DNA of 31,318 nucleotides from Candidatus Altiarchaeota archaeon. Lineage in GTDB: Archaea; Altiarchaeota; Altiarchaeia; IMC4; QMZM01. Below the pieces are notes generated by a model. That model was not told the origin of the DNA. It made no database searches and saw nothing but the letters and a program-made list of their open reading frames with translations. The DNA lies in contig WALD01000037.1 in assembly GCA_015523055.1 (NCBI GenBank), positions 1 through 31,318 of the forward strand. The letters run 5' to 3'. Both the position numbers and the translations under genes were made by a program. Below, piece by piece: positions 8,619 to 16,617 of the stretch (position 1 is its first letter; each line of letters starts with the position of its first letter).

Positions 8619-9863
8619 TTACCTGATGTCCCATTCCACCTCTACCTTATGCCTGGATTCACGCAGTGAATTCTCAATTGAATTCTTCAGGACTGAGATT
8701 CTTTCCTTAATCTGGGATTTTTTCCGTTTTAGCTTCTCAGGCTCCCTTTTAAGCTCGTTCAGTTTTGTGCTGAGATACTCTATCTCCCCTGCCAACTCCC
8801 TGCCCCTTCCGATTTTCCTGAAGGATGCAAGCTTCCTGGATACCCCTGCTATCTCTGATTCAATTGATGCGTGGAGCTCTCTCAGCCTCATAATCTCCCC
8901 GATGTTCTTTTCAACCCTCGCTATCTTCCCAAGTTCGCTCTTCTTTATTCTGAGTTTCCCTGAGTTAATTGCCTTCTTTATATCCATAATGATGGAACCA
9001 ATGTCCGTGCCCCCTGATATGAACCCCTGTACAGGATCCTTGATGTAGGCATCAATGTCTTTCCTCTTCATCTCCCTTTTGAATTTCTTGAGTGGCCTCT
9101 TCATCGGCGAGAGGTAGCTGTAAATCCCTGACTCAACCTCCTTCTTTCTCTCATCAAGTTCGTTCAGCCTGGTTTGTAGGGAGTGAAATTCCCTGAACTC
9201 CGGGCTGTGCTGAAAATTTCTGTAGCTCTGCATCAGTTTTTCCCTCTTCTCCATGGTCTTTTTTATCTCCTTTCTAATCTCTTTTTCCCTGAGATCAATC
9301 TCTCTCATCCTTTCGGCCTCTTTCTCAAGGCCTATGATACTGGCAGATACGACCTCATAAATCCTGTTCTTCGGGATAAAGCCCTTCAGCTCCGTTCCCT
9401 TCGCGACAACGAATTTCAATTCTTTGGTTATGTCCTGGATTATGTCGCCGAACGCTACCGACAGGTATCTGCCCTGGCTGTCTATTGCCCTCCCTATGCT
9501 GATAATAGGGGGCATGAGATTGCGGTGGAATTCTTCAATATTTTCCCTGCTAGAATTCTCAATACCCATGAGAGAATCGTGAATTCGCCTGACAAAGTCG
9601 GGTTTTGATATAAGAACTATCTTCCTTGCTCTCTTCGGGATGCTATTCGGGCAATCGCTCCTTTCAATCCTGTCTGCACATTCCTTTATCCTCTCAACTG
9701 AGGCTAAAATCTCATCAACAATTGGTCCGGCATCCCTGTAGCTTTTCCGTCCTTCCTCCTCTATCCTTCCCCGCAGCCAGTCATTAAGTTCGGAGAATCT
9801 AACCTTTTTTATCCTGACAGATGACCTGTCTTCCTTTCCAAAGAATCTATCAAATAATCTCAT
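8619..9863 (-). CDS. Hypothetical coiled-coil protein
   Basis: 414-aa open frame, K/E/R-rich heptad character, no catalytic motif recognised. Start overlaps the fni stop (ATGA). Confidence 0.7.
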   Translation of the reverse strand: MRLFDRFFGKEDRSSVRIKKVRFSELNDWLRGRIEEEGRKSYRDAGPIVDEILASVERIKECADRIERSDCPNSIPKRARKIVLISKPDFVRRIHDSLMGIENSSRENIEEFHRNLMPPIISIGRAIDSQGRYLSVAFGDIIQDITKELKFVVAKGTELKGFIPKNRIYEVVSASIIGLEKEAERMREIDLREKEIRKEIKKTMEKREKLMQSYRNFQHSPEFREFHSLQTRLNELDERKKEVESGIYSYLSPMKRPLKKFKREMKRKDIDAYIKDPVQGFISGGTDIGSIIMDIKKAINSGKLRIKKSELGKIARVEKNIGEIMRLRELHASIESEIAGVSRKLASFRKIGRGRELAGEIEYLSTKLNELKREPEKLKRKKSQIKERISVLKNSIENSLRESRHKVEVEWDIR

Positions 9864-10843
9864 CTCCTTACCCTGCCTCTGAGATCACCAACAGCATTGG
9901 AACCTGTAAGAAACATCGCTGTTTTTAACTCAGTGAGGAATTCGTTAAGGAATTTCCTGACCCCCTTTGTCCCATTTGCAGAGTATGCTTTCAGGATGGG
10001 GAGTGCCATCCCGACGCAGGTAGCTCCAAGGGCGATTGCCTTTGCAGCGTCCAACCCGTTCCTTATGCCCCCCGATCCTATGAGCGGCATATTGATGTCC
10101 GATAATTCCCTTATGCAGTCAGCCGTGGGAATTCCCCACCCGGCAAAGATTTTACCTATCTTCTCCTTATTGGCTCTGTATCCTTCCACAAGGCTCCATG
10201 ATGTTCCACCAGAACATCCAACATCTATTGCATCTACCCTGAGTTGAGCTGCAATATCCCTGGAGATTCCGGACCCGATCTCCTTTGCAATCACCGGTTT
10301 GTCTAGCTTTGAGGAGATATCATTCACCTTTTTGATAAGACCTGAGAAGTTCCTCTCTCCTTCAGGCTGGATCGCTTCCTGCAAGGGATTGAGGTGCAGG
10401 GCAAGGGCATCTGCATCAATCATCCTGACTGCATCCCTGCACTCAGACAGCCCGTATCCGTAGTTGAGCTGGATCGCCCCGAGGTTCGCTATGAGCAGTA
10501 TGTCCGGGGCGACATCTCTCACCATGTAGGTAGATCCCATCGCCTCGTCCTCTATCGCAATTCGCTGGCTTCCGACTCCGAACCCGATTCCAAACTCCTG
10601 CGAAATTTTAGCCAGGTCCCTGTTGATCTTTCCTGCCTGTTTCGTTCCGCCAGTAATTCCCTCAATGATAACCGGGAATTCCATCCTTTTCCCCAGAAAT
10701 TCAATATCCATTGAGATTTTGTCAAAGTCCACCTCAGGGAGTGCCTTATGCTCCAGCCTCACTTCATCAAACCCCGTGCTTCCCGCCTCCACATCTTCAT
10801 TGAGGCATATTTTTATGTGGTCTGATTTTCTTTTTTTCATCAT
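9860..10843 (-). CDS. fni: Type 2 isopentenyl-diphosphate delta-isomerase (FMN-dependent)
   Basis: RKSDHIKIC, ITGGT, GVGSQR, ANLGAIQL, HLNPLQEAIQPEG, KEIGSG, GGTSW, SGGIRNGLDAAKAIALGA. Confidence 0.95.
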   Translation of the reverse strand: MMKKRKSDHIKICLNEDVEAGSTGFDEVRLEHKALPEVDFDKISMDIEFLGKRMEFPVIIEGITGGTKQAGKINRDLAKISQEFGIGFGVGSQRIAIEDEAMGSTYMVRDVAPDILLIANLGAIQLNYGYGLSECRDAVRMIDADALALHLNPLQEAIQPEGERNFSGLIKKVNDISSKLDKPVIAKEIGSGISRDIAAQLRVDAIDVGCSGGTSWSLVEGYRANKEKIGKIFAGWGIPTADCIRELSDINMPLIGSGGIRNGLDAAKAIALGATCVGMALPILKAYSANGTKGVRKFLNEFLTELKTAMFLTGSNAVGDLRGRVRR

Positions 10844-10852
10844 TTTAATCTC

Positions 10853-10942
10853 TCAATAGCATCCTCGATCCTCTCGACTAGATTTTATTCTTTCTTTACC
10901 CAAAATATCGCTAAGAAACTCTATATCCCCTCTTTTAGACAT
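10853..10942 (-). pseudogene. N-terminal stub of a DUF86/HepT-like toxin
   Basis: MSKRGDIEFLSDIL begins overlapping the MNT stop (TATGTCTAA), the usual MNT-HEPN junction. The frame then ends after 29 codons with no Rx4H motif. Confidence 0.55.
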
Positions 10943-11237
10943 AGACTGCACCCCTCTCAATATCCTCGGCAACCTGTTTAATCCTTATAGCCTTTATGCC
11001 CTCAGGAGTTAAGATATCTACCTTTCTGCCTACTTGTTTTTCGACATATTCCGCAAAATCCATAAACCTAAAACCTATTGGTTTTTCAAACTCTACTAAA
11101 ACATCTATATCGCTATCTTCTCTCTGGACTTCCTTTGCAAAGGAACCAAATAAGGCCATTCTCTTGACACCATACGTAGAACCTAAAGAGGGAAGCTCCT
11201 TTCTCAAGATCTCAATCACCTTTCCCGTGGTCAACAT
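10935..11237 (-). CDS. Minimal nucleotidyltransferase (COG1669-like MNT antitoxin)
   Basis: YGVKRMALFGSFAK...EDSDIDVLVEF...GRKVDILT. Likely start ATG 11237 (or 11252); the longer ORF-track start lies inside the IS end. Confidence 0.85.
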   Translation of the reverse strand: MLTTGKVIEILRKELPSLGSTYGVKRMALFGSFAKEVQREDSDIDVLVEFEKPIGFRFMDFAEYVEKQVGRKVDILTPEGIKAIRIKQVAEDIERGAVYV

Positions 11238-11291
11238 CCTTTCGTTTCCCATATCACGCACAGATTCCTGTGCTATCTGTTTTGATTTCAT

Positions 11292-11525
11292 CTTATCTGG
11301 GGGCAAGGAGACCCCCTTCCAAAAGGGTGGGGAGGATTACCCCTTTAACATCCTTTTTAGTGTTGAAGGCGATATATCAACCGTTGAAGCGGTTCTGCCA
11401 GTTTTCCAACGATCGGATAGCCGGTAAACCTATCTTTGCGTTCCAATGATGGTTTGGGTTTTAATGCTGTGCATCTTGATTCAACTCCTATGGAAAGCCC
11501 CTTCCGATAGGGAGGGGTAGTTTAC
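11292..11525 (+). mobile_element. Non-autonomous IS200/IS605-family miniature element (PATE/MITE-like), 234 bp
   Basis: Related subterminal hairpins CCCCTTCC-AAAA-GGGTGGGG (11313-11332) and CCCCTTCC-GATA-GGGAGGGG (11498-11517). Preceded by TTCAT, ends in TTAC, no target duplication. Removing it restores LHE in the MBL gene. Confidence 0.85.
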
Positions 11526-11751
11526 GCAATCCAACCCTTGCATTGGTCTTCTCCACCATCATGTGGTTGCCTGCAACATGGTCATAATGGCAGTGGGTGT
11601 TTATTAAAAGCTTGATTTCAATATTTATCTTAGCAATTTTTCCAATGTGGTGAAGGGGGCTTATTTCCGCATCAATCATTACTCCTTCTCTATCGTCAGC
11701 TATCACATAACAATTGGATTCATAGGTGTTGCTCATAAAGGTGTGAACCAT
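11488..11751 (-). pseudogene. Metallo-beta-lactamase-fold hydrolase, interrupted and truncated
   Basis: SNCYVI, GVMIDA, THCHYDH (HxHxDH). Homology stops at NARVGL, where the IS end supplies RKLPLPIGRGFP*. Confidence 0.8.
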
Positions 11752-11801
11752 ATTAGGATAAATGATTCGGTCAAGATTAATGCCCGATATTCATTCATTA
11801 T

Positions 11802-11889
11802 GCCGAGGTGGCGGAGCCTGGATCAACGCGCGGGCCTTGAGAGCCCGTGTCCCTTTGGGGACACTTGAGTTCGAATCTCAACCTCGGCG
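11802..11889 (+). tRNA. tRNA-Ser(UGA)
   Basis: GCCGAGG/CCTCGGC acceptor, CGGGC-CTTGAGA-GCCCG anticodon arm, long variable arm, TTCGAAT T-loop. CCA not encoded. Confidence 0.95.
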
Positions 11890-11906
11890 AACTGTCACCA
11901 ATGGAG

Positions 11907-11941
11907 GTGAAATTCCTCAGCAAAAAGCAGGGGAATTCAAC
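11907..11941. repeat. Hairpin repeat unit downstream of tRNA-Ser
   Basis: GTGAAATTCCTCAGCAAAAAGCAGGGGAATTCAAC closely matches 14814-14847 downstream of tRNA-Leu. Confidence 0.6.
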
Positions 11942-12031
11942 AATGAGTATTCAGGTGTTGCCGAGCCGCTTATATGGTCGGGGTGATATGAAAAAACTAC
12001 ACAAGCTATAGCCATATCTCCGCCTGAGGGC

Positions 12032-12039
12032 TTATAAAT
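12032..12039 (+). promoter_or_regulatory. Candidate TATA box for the rps13 cluster
   Basis: TTATAAAT about 35-42 nt upstream of ATG 12074. Position-based only. Confidence 0.4.
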
Positions 12040-12073
12040 ATTAAATCACATAACTTACAACCTCATTTTGAGA

Positions 12074-12685
12074 ATGACTGAAGAGAAAGACGAAGGGCAG
12101 AAGGGGACTGGAGAAAAGAAGACGGAGGGAGTAGAGTCAAAACCTGAGAGGGGGAAGGGGGCTCGGAAGGGAAAGCCCGATAAGATGGGATATCCCAATA
12201 AGGTTAAAGACGGATTCAGGCACAGGGTAAGGGTTTTGAGAGTTATCATTGATGGAAACCTTGACATTCAAAGGGCATTGATGAATATAAAGGGCATAGG
12301 ACAGCACATCTCAGAGGTAATCACAAAAGAGTTGAGTATCGATAAAAAGACGAAGATTGGGAGCCTCACGGACAAGGAAATAGAGAGGATTGAGAATGCA
12401 GTCAAGAATTTACAAAATAGTGCTCCTGGATGGATAGTAAACCGGCAGAGGGATCCATATTCTGGCAAGAATATGCACGTCGTGGGCCCTGATTTGGAAT
12501 TAACGCACAGGGAGGACATAAACCTCCAGAAGAAACTCAAGTCATATATTGGGATAAGACACGCCCTTGGTCTTCCTGTAAGAGGTCAGAGAACAAGGAC
12601 CTCATTCAGGAAGGGAGCAACAATGGGAGTCAGCAGAAAGAAGGCACAGCCACAGACAAAGAATAAAGATGGAGGTAAGAAATAA
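12074..12685 (+). CDS. rps13: 30S ribosomal protein uS13 with charged N-terminal extension
   Basis: FRHRVRV, IKGIG, NRQRDPYSG, YIGIRHALGLPVRGQRTRT. Confidence 0.95.
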   Translation: MTEEKDEGQKGTGEKKTEGVESKPERGKGARKGKPDKMGYPNKVKDGFRHRVRVLRVIIDGNLDIQRALMNIKGIGQHISEVITKELSIDKKTKIGSLTDKEIERIENAVKNLQNSAPGWIVNRQRDPYSGKNMHVVGPDLELTHREDINLQKKLKSYIGIRHALGLPVRGQRTRTSFRKGATMGVSRKKAQPQTKNKDGGKK

Positions 12686-13377
12686 TGGGTGCCCCCAGAA
12701 AACAGAGAAGGAAGTATGAAAGACCGACACACCCATGGAAGTCTGAAAGGATAACTGAGGAAAAGGAACTCTGCAAGAAATACGGCCTTAAGAACAGAAA
12801 GGAGGTCTGGAGGGTGAAGTCAAGGATAAGGAGATTCAGGCAGCAGGCACGAAACCTTCTTGCATCTTCAGGGGAGGAAATTATGAAGGAGAAGATGGGA
12901 TTTTTTAACAAACTAAAAAAATTGGGAATTTATGAGAATCCAAGCATTGAGGACCTTCTTACAATAAAGGCTGATGACCTCCTGGCTCGGCGGCTGCAGA
13001 GCCAGGTATACTCAAGAGGTATTGCAAAAACCATGAAAGAGGCGAGGCAGCTCATAACCCACAACCATGTGATTGTTGGAAACAGAATCGTTAACATTCC
13101 AGGCTATACTGTATCAAAGAGTGAGGAGGAAGGTATAAGGCTCAAGAAGGGTATGAGGGTTATCAAGCTCGGAGGAAAACCAGAGTCAGAGAAGGGAGCA
13201 AAAGAGGAAAAAATAGAAGAGCCCAATACAGAATCAAAAGAACCTGAGAAAGAGAAGAAGGGGAAGGAGCCTAAAGGGGATGAAAAACCCGGAGGAGAGA
13301 AGGTAAGGAGGAAATCAAAATCACAGGAGACTAAAAAGGAGGAAGCAAAGGAGGGTGGCGAAGGCAGAAAAGACTGA
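12685..13377 (+). CDS. rps4: 30S ribosomal protein uS4 with K/E-rich C-terminal extension
   Basis: [51 protein letters not shown]. Confidence 0.95.
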   Translation: MGAPRKQRRKYERPTHPWKSERITEEKELCKKYGLKNRKEVWRVKSRIRRFRQQARNLLASSGEEIMKEKMGFFNKLKKLGIYENPSIEDLLTIKADDLLARRLQSQVYSRGIAKTMKEARQLITHNHVIVGNRIVNIPGYTVSKSEEEGIRLKKGMRVIKLGGKPESEKGAKEEKIEEPNTESKEPEKEKKGKEPKGDEKPGGEKVRRKSKSQETKKEEAKEGGEGRKD

Positions 13378-13957
13378 AACGGAAGCAAAGGAGGAAGAGA
13401 AGACTGAACCAGAGCAGGGGAAGGTTGAGGAAGTGAATGGAGAAAAGGTAGAGGCAAAGCCCGAAAAGAAGGTAGAGGATTTCAAGGGTAAGGTAGAAAC
13501 AAAGGAGAATATCGGAAAGAGGACAGAAGAAAGATCAGAATCCACACAATTGAAGGGTAGAAAAAAAGATAATAGATTCTGGGGAGTTCTCCACATATAT
13601 TCATCAAAGAACAATACAATCCTACACGTTACTGATATAACTGGGGCAGAAACTATAAGCATAAAATCAGGCGGGCAGGTAGTGAAGTCGCAAAGGGAGG
13701 AATCCTCGCCTTATGCCGCGATGCAGGCCGCGATGCGAATTGCTGATGAGATAAAGGAGAAGGGTATAACAGGGCTACATATACAGGTAAGGGCACCTGG
13801 CGGGCATAATGGTCCGAAGTATATTGGAAAGGGGGCACAGGCCGCAATAAGATCAATCTCAAGGAGTGGCATTGCAATAGGCAGAATAGAGGATGTAACC
13901 CCGATCCCCCATGGAGGATGTACCCCTAAAGGGGGAAGGAGAGGGAGGAGGGTTTAG
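13355..13957 (+). CDS. rps11: 30S ribosomal protein uS11 with E/K-rich N-terminal extension
   Basis: [55 protein letters not shown]. Confidence 0.95.
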   Translation: MAKAEKTETEAKEEEKTEPEQGKVEEVNGEKVEAKPEKKVEDFKGKVETKENIGKRTEERSESTQLKGRKKDNRFWGVLHIYSSKNNTILHVTDITGAETISIKSGGQVVKSQREESSPYAAMQAAMRIADEIKEKGITGLHIQVRAPGGHNGPKYIGKGAQAAIRSISRSGIAIGRIEDVTPIPHGGCTPKGGRRGRRV

Positions 13958-13963
13958 ACTAAA

Positions 13964-14551
13964 ATGAAAATAAAAATCATCAAAGAATATGACAACAGGC
14001 TTGAATTTAACATAAGGGGAATTGATGTCGCAATGGCAAACGCTCTGAGAAGGGCACTGATATCAAGGATACCGATGATGGCTATTGAGGAGGTCACGTT
14101 CTATGATAATTCATCGGCCCTTAACGACGAGGTTCTGGCGCACAGACTCGGTTTGATTCCCCTGAAGACTGATTTTGCTGGGCCAGAGACAATAGAATTA
14201 AGCTTGGAGTCAGATGGTCCCGGAACGGTTTACTCTGGGGAAATAAAGGTTAAGGAAATGAAAATAAAGGGGAAATCCATAAAACTAGAAAGCATAGCTG
14301 TATATGACAACATCCCGATTACAAAACTAACAGAGAAACAGAGCGTGAAGCTGGAAGCGAAAGCAAAAATAGGGACCGGAAAGGAGCATATGAAGTGGCA
14401 GGGCGGTCTAGCATCATACAATGTAAGGGAAGACGGCTCTATAGACTTTTTTGTCGAGTCATTCGGCCAGCTGGATGTCCAGAAGATGATAGAAAAATCA
14501 TTTGAGGTCGTTCAGCATGAAATCAAGGAGTTGAAATCAACGTTAAGATAG
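13964..14551 (+). CDS. rpoD: DNA-directed RNA polymerase subunit D (Rpo3), short form
   Basis: ANALRRALISRIP, LAHRLGLIPL, GPGTVYSG, GTGKEHMKWQ. 195 aa with no ferredoxin-like insert. Confidence 0.9.
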   Translation: MKIKIIKEYDNRLEFNIRGIDVAMANALRRALISRIPMMAIEEVTFYDNSSALNDEVLAHRLGLIPLKTDFAGPETIELSLESDGPGTVYSGEIKVKEMKIKGKSIKLESIAVYDNIPITKLTEKQSVKLEAKAKIGTGKEHMKWQGGLASYNVREDGSIDFFVESFGQLDVQKMIEKSFEVVQHEIKELKSTLR

Positions 14552-14567
14552 GAATATAAATCGATAT

Positions 14568-14702
14568 GCGGGGGTGCCCGAGTCCGGTCAAACACGAAGC
14601 TCAACCCCCTTATAATCACCACCCTGGGCCTCGTGGGCTAAAGGGGCACGGTTGAGGGCCGTGTGGCGCAGGCCTACGCGAGTTCGAACCTCGTCCCCCG
14701 CA
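14568..14702 (+). tRNA. tRNA-Leu(GAG) with a 50-nt D-loop intron (14592-14641, position 21/22)
   Basis: GCGGGGG/CCCCCGC acceptor, CACGG-TTGAGGG-CCGTG anticodon arm, TTCGAAC T-loop. Removing 14592-14641 gives the normal D-loop GGTCAAAGGGG, and the junctions fold into a BHB motif. Confidence 0.9.
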
Positions 14703-14705
14703 ACC

Positions 14706-14929
14706 CTTTCTTTGAGAAAGAAAGCGTTGACGGAAAGGAAAAAATTCGAGGGGTTCAACTGCGCTGAACCCCCCGGAGTGTGAACCGATGCGGAGCGAAG
14801 CGGAGCAGTTCAGGTTGAATTCCTCTGCGATTAGCCGGGGAATTCACGGTGCACTCAACCCTGAAGGGCTGATGTGCGCCAAAGCGTGAACCGATTTTGC
14901 GGTTCTGGAATTCAGAGGGAGAATTCAAC
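14706..14929 (+). ncRNA. Highly structured intergenic element between tRNA-Leu and rpl18e (candidate ncRNA, leader or REP-like repeat)
   Basis: Multiple stems (14750-14772, 14781-14812, 14814-14847, 14888-14905), a long-range 14814-14827/14913-14929 pairing, and direct repeat GTGAACCGAT twice. Confidence 0.45.
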
Positions 14930-14934
14930 AGAAG

Positions 14935-15300
14935 ATGCCTAGAACATTTGAGTATGAAGATCCGGGAAGGATTGGGTTGATAGAGGATTTAAAGAAAGCT
15001 TCAAAGGAGAATAAGACAGAGATATGGAGATCTATAGCCAGGGAGCTATCCAGATCCAGAAAAAATAGGAGGGAGGTCAACATCCGGAGGCTGAACAGGT
15101 ACACCTCGAACAATGAAACGGCAATAGTTCCGGGAAAGTTGCTGGGTGATGGAAATTTAGACCACAGGGTGGACGTAGCGGCATTCAAACTCACGAAGGG
15201 AGCAAAGGAGAAGATAGAGAAGTCTGGCGGGAATACAATGTCCATTCAAGATTTAATCAAAAAGAATCCGAAAGGTTCAAAGATAAAGATAATCGGTTAA
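14935..15300 (+). CDS. rpl18e: 50S ribosomal protein eL18
   Basis: IWRSIARELSRSRKNRREVN, IVPGKLLGDG, VAAFKLT, AKEKIE. Confidence 0.95.
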   Translation: MPRTFEYEDPGRIGLIEDLKKASKENKTEIWRSIARELSRSRKNRREVNIRRLNRYTSNNETAIVPGKLLGDGNLDHRVDVAAFKLTKGAKEKIEKSGGNTMSIQDLIKKNPKGSKIKIIG

Positions 15301-15301
15301 G

Positions 15302-15745
15302 ATGATTATAAACGCAGAAGGAGAGGTTTTGGGGAGGCTTTCATCATTTGTAGCAAAGAGTGCCCTTTTGGGCGAAGATGTCATTGTGGTGAATGCAGAG
15401 AAGGCTATAGTTAGCGGAAAGAGGGACCTCATAATCCAGAGCGAACTTAATAAGTTTCACAGAAGGAACAAAGCCTCCCCTCTGAGAGGACCGTTCCATT
15501 ATAAGAAACCGGACCGTTTTGTGAGAAAGAAGATAAGGGGCATGCTTCCATACAAAAAGACAAGAGGCAGGGAGGCTTTCAAGAGGATTACAGTTTATTC
15601 CGGAATCCCAAAGGATGAAATAAGGAGAAGGCACAACATAGATCTCAACAAGACAAATATTCATTCTCCGGACATGACAGATACGATTCATGGCAGGTAT
15701 ATGACTGTTGAGAAGATATGCGAGGCCATAGGAGGTAGGGTATAG
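15302..15745 (+). CDS. rpl13: 50S ribosomal protein uL13
   Basis: IINAEGEVLGRLSS, VVNAEKA, GPFHYKKPD, IRGMLPYK, RGREAFKR. Confidence 0.95.
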   Translation: MIINAEGEVLGRLSSFVAKSALLGEDVIVVNAEKAIVSGKRDLIIQSELNKFHRRNKASPLRGPFHYKKPDRFVRKKIRGMLPYKKTRGREAFKRITVYSGIPKDEIRRRHNIDLNKTNIHSPDMTDTIHGRYMTVEKICEAIGGRV

Positions 15746-15746
15746 G

Positions 15747-16160
15747 ATGGTAAAGGTAACACACAGGTCTGGAAAGAGGAAGACAGCGATCGCAAGAGCA
15801 ACAATCAAGGAGGGAAAGGGGAAGGTAAAGATAAATTCAATCCCTCTTGAAAACCATCAACCTGAACTCGCAAAGCTTAAGATTCAGGAGGCATTAATGA
15901 TAGCCTCTGATTATGTCGATCTAAGGAAGGTTGATATCGCGGTGAATTCTCATGGTGGAGGAATTTTTGGTCAGGCGGAGGCAATCTCATCCTCAATAGC
16001 CAGAGGCCTTGTTGAATTCACAGAGAGCGATAATTTGCTTCACACCTATACTGAGCATGACCGGACTCTCATTGCGGGGGATCACAGGCAGACAGAGCCC
16101 CATAAACCCTCGCAGAGCAGAAAAGGTCCGAGACATAAAAGACAAAAATCATATAGATAA
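15747..16160 (+). CDS. rps9: 30S ribosomal protein uS9
   Basis: SGKRKTAIARA, GGGIFGQAEA, DRTLIAGDHR, C-terminal RQKSYR. Confidence 0.95.
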   Translation: MVKVTHRSGKRKTAIARATIKEGKGKVKINSIPLENHQPELAKLKIQEALMIASDYVDLRKVDIAVNSHGGGIFGQAEAISSSIARGLVEFTESDNLLHTYTEHDRTLIAGDHRQTEPHKPSQSRKGPRHKRQKSYR

Positions 16161-16166
16161 GATAAG

Positions 16167-16364
16167 ATGATAATTCCAATAAGATGCTTTACATGCGGAA
16201 AGCCGATTGCGCAGGACTGGGAGGAGTATGACAAAAGAACAAAGAGGGGAGAAGACCCAAAGAAGGTTTTAGACTCTCTGGGTTATGAGAGGTACTGCTG
16301 TAGAAGGATGTTCCTCTCCCATTCAGAGATTATAGATGATATAATGCCCTATAAGAAGTATTGA
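16167..16364 (+). CDS. rpoN: DNA-directed RNA polymerase subunit N (Rpo10)
   Basis: [12 protein letters not shown]...[16 protein letters not shown]. Confidence 0.95.
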   Translation: MIIPIRCFTCGKPIAQDWEEYDKRTKRGEDPKKVLDSLGYERYCCRRMFLSHSEIIDDIMPYKKY

Positions 16365-16428
16365 GGATAATTAAGGAATTTATGGCTATTATATCCAGAA
16401 GATAGATTATCAGGCAATCCAACAAAAA

Positions 16429-16617
16429 ATGGAATATACAAAATATGAGATCGCAAGGATACTTGGTGCAAGAGCACTGCAGATAAAAATGGGCGCCCCG
16501 ATTTTGATAAAGATTCCTAAAGGGGTGACAAGACCACAGGACATCGCCAGGTTGGAGTTTGAAAAGGACGCCCTACCATTAACGGTGAGAAGAAGAGAGG
16601 AACAAAATGGTGGATGA
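16429..16617 (+). CDS. rpoK: DNA-directed RNA polymerase subunit K (Rpo6)
   Basis: [22 protein letters not shown]...LPLTVRR. Confidence 0.95.
   Translation: MEYTKYEIARILGARALQIKMGAPILIKIPKGVTRPQDIARLEFEKDALPLTVRRREEQNGG

Noticed and set aside
11954-11985. GGTGTTGCCGAGCC...GGTC resembles a tRNA-Leu/Ser 5' half (possible split tRNA or att remnant)
   Set aside because: No anticodon arm, BHB or complementary leader, and no integrase nearby.
13964-14551. RpoD lacks the Fe-S/ferredoxin-like insert domain
   Set aside because: Short RpoD forms are already known in several euryarchaeal lineages.
16364-16607. No tRNA-Pro or enolase within the rpoN-rpoK-rps2 segment
   Set aside because: These insertions vary among archaea, so their absence is ordinary.
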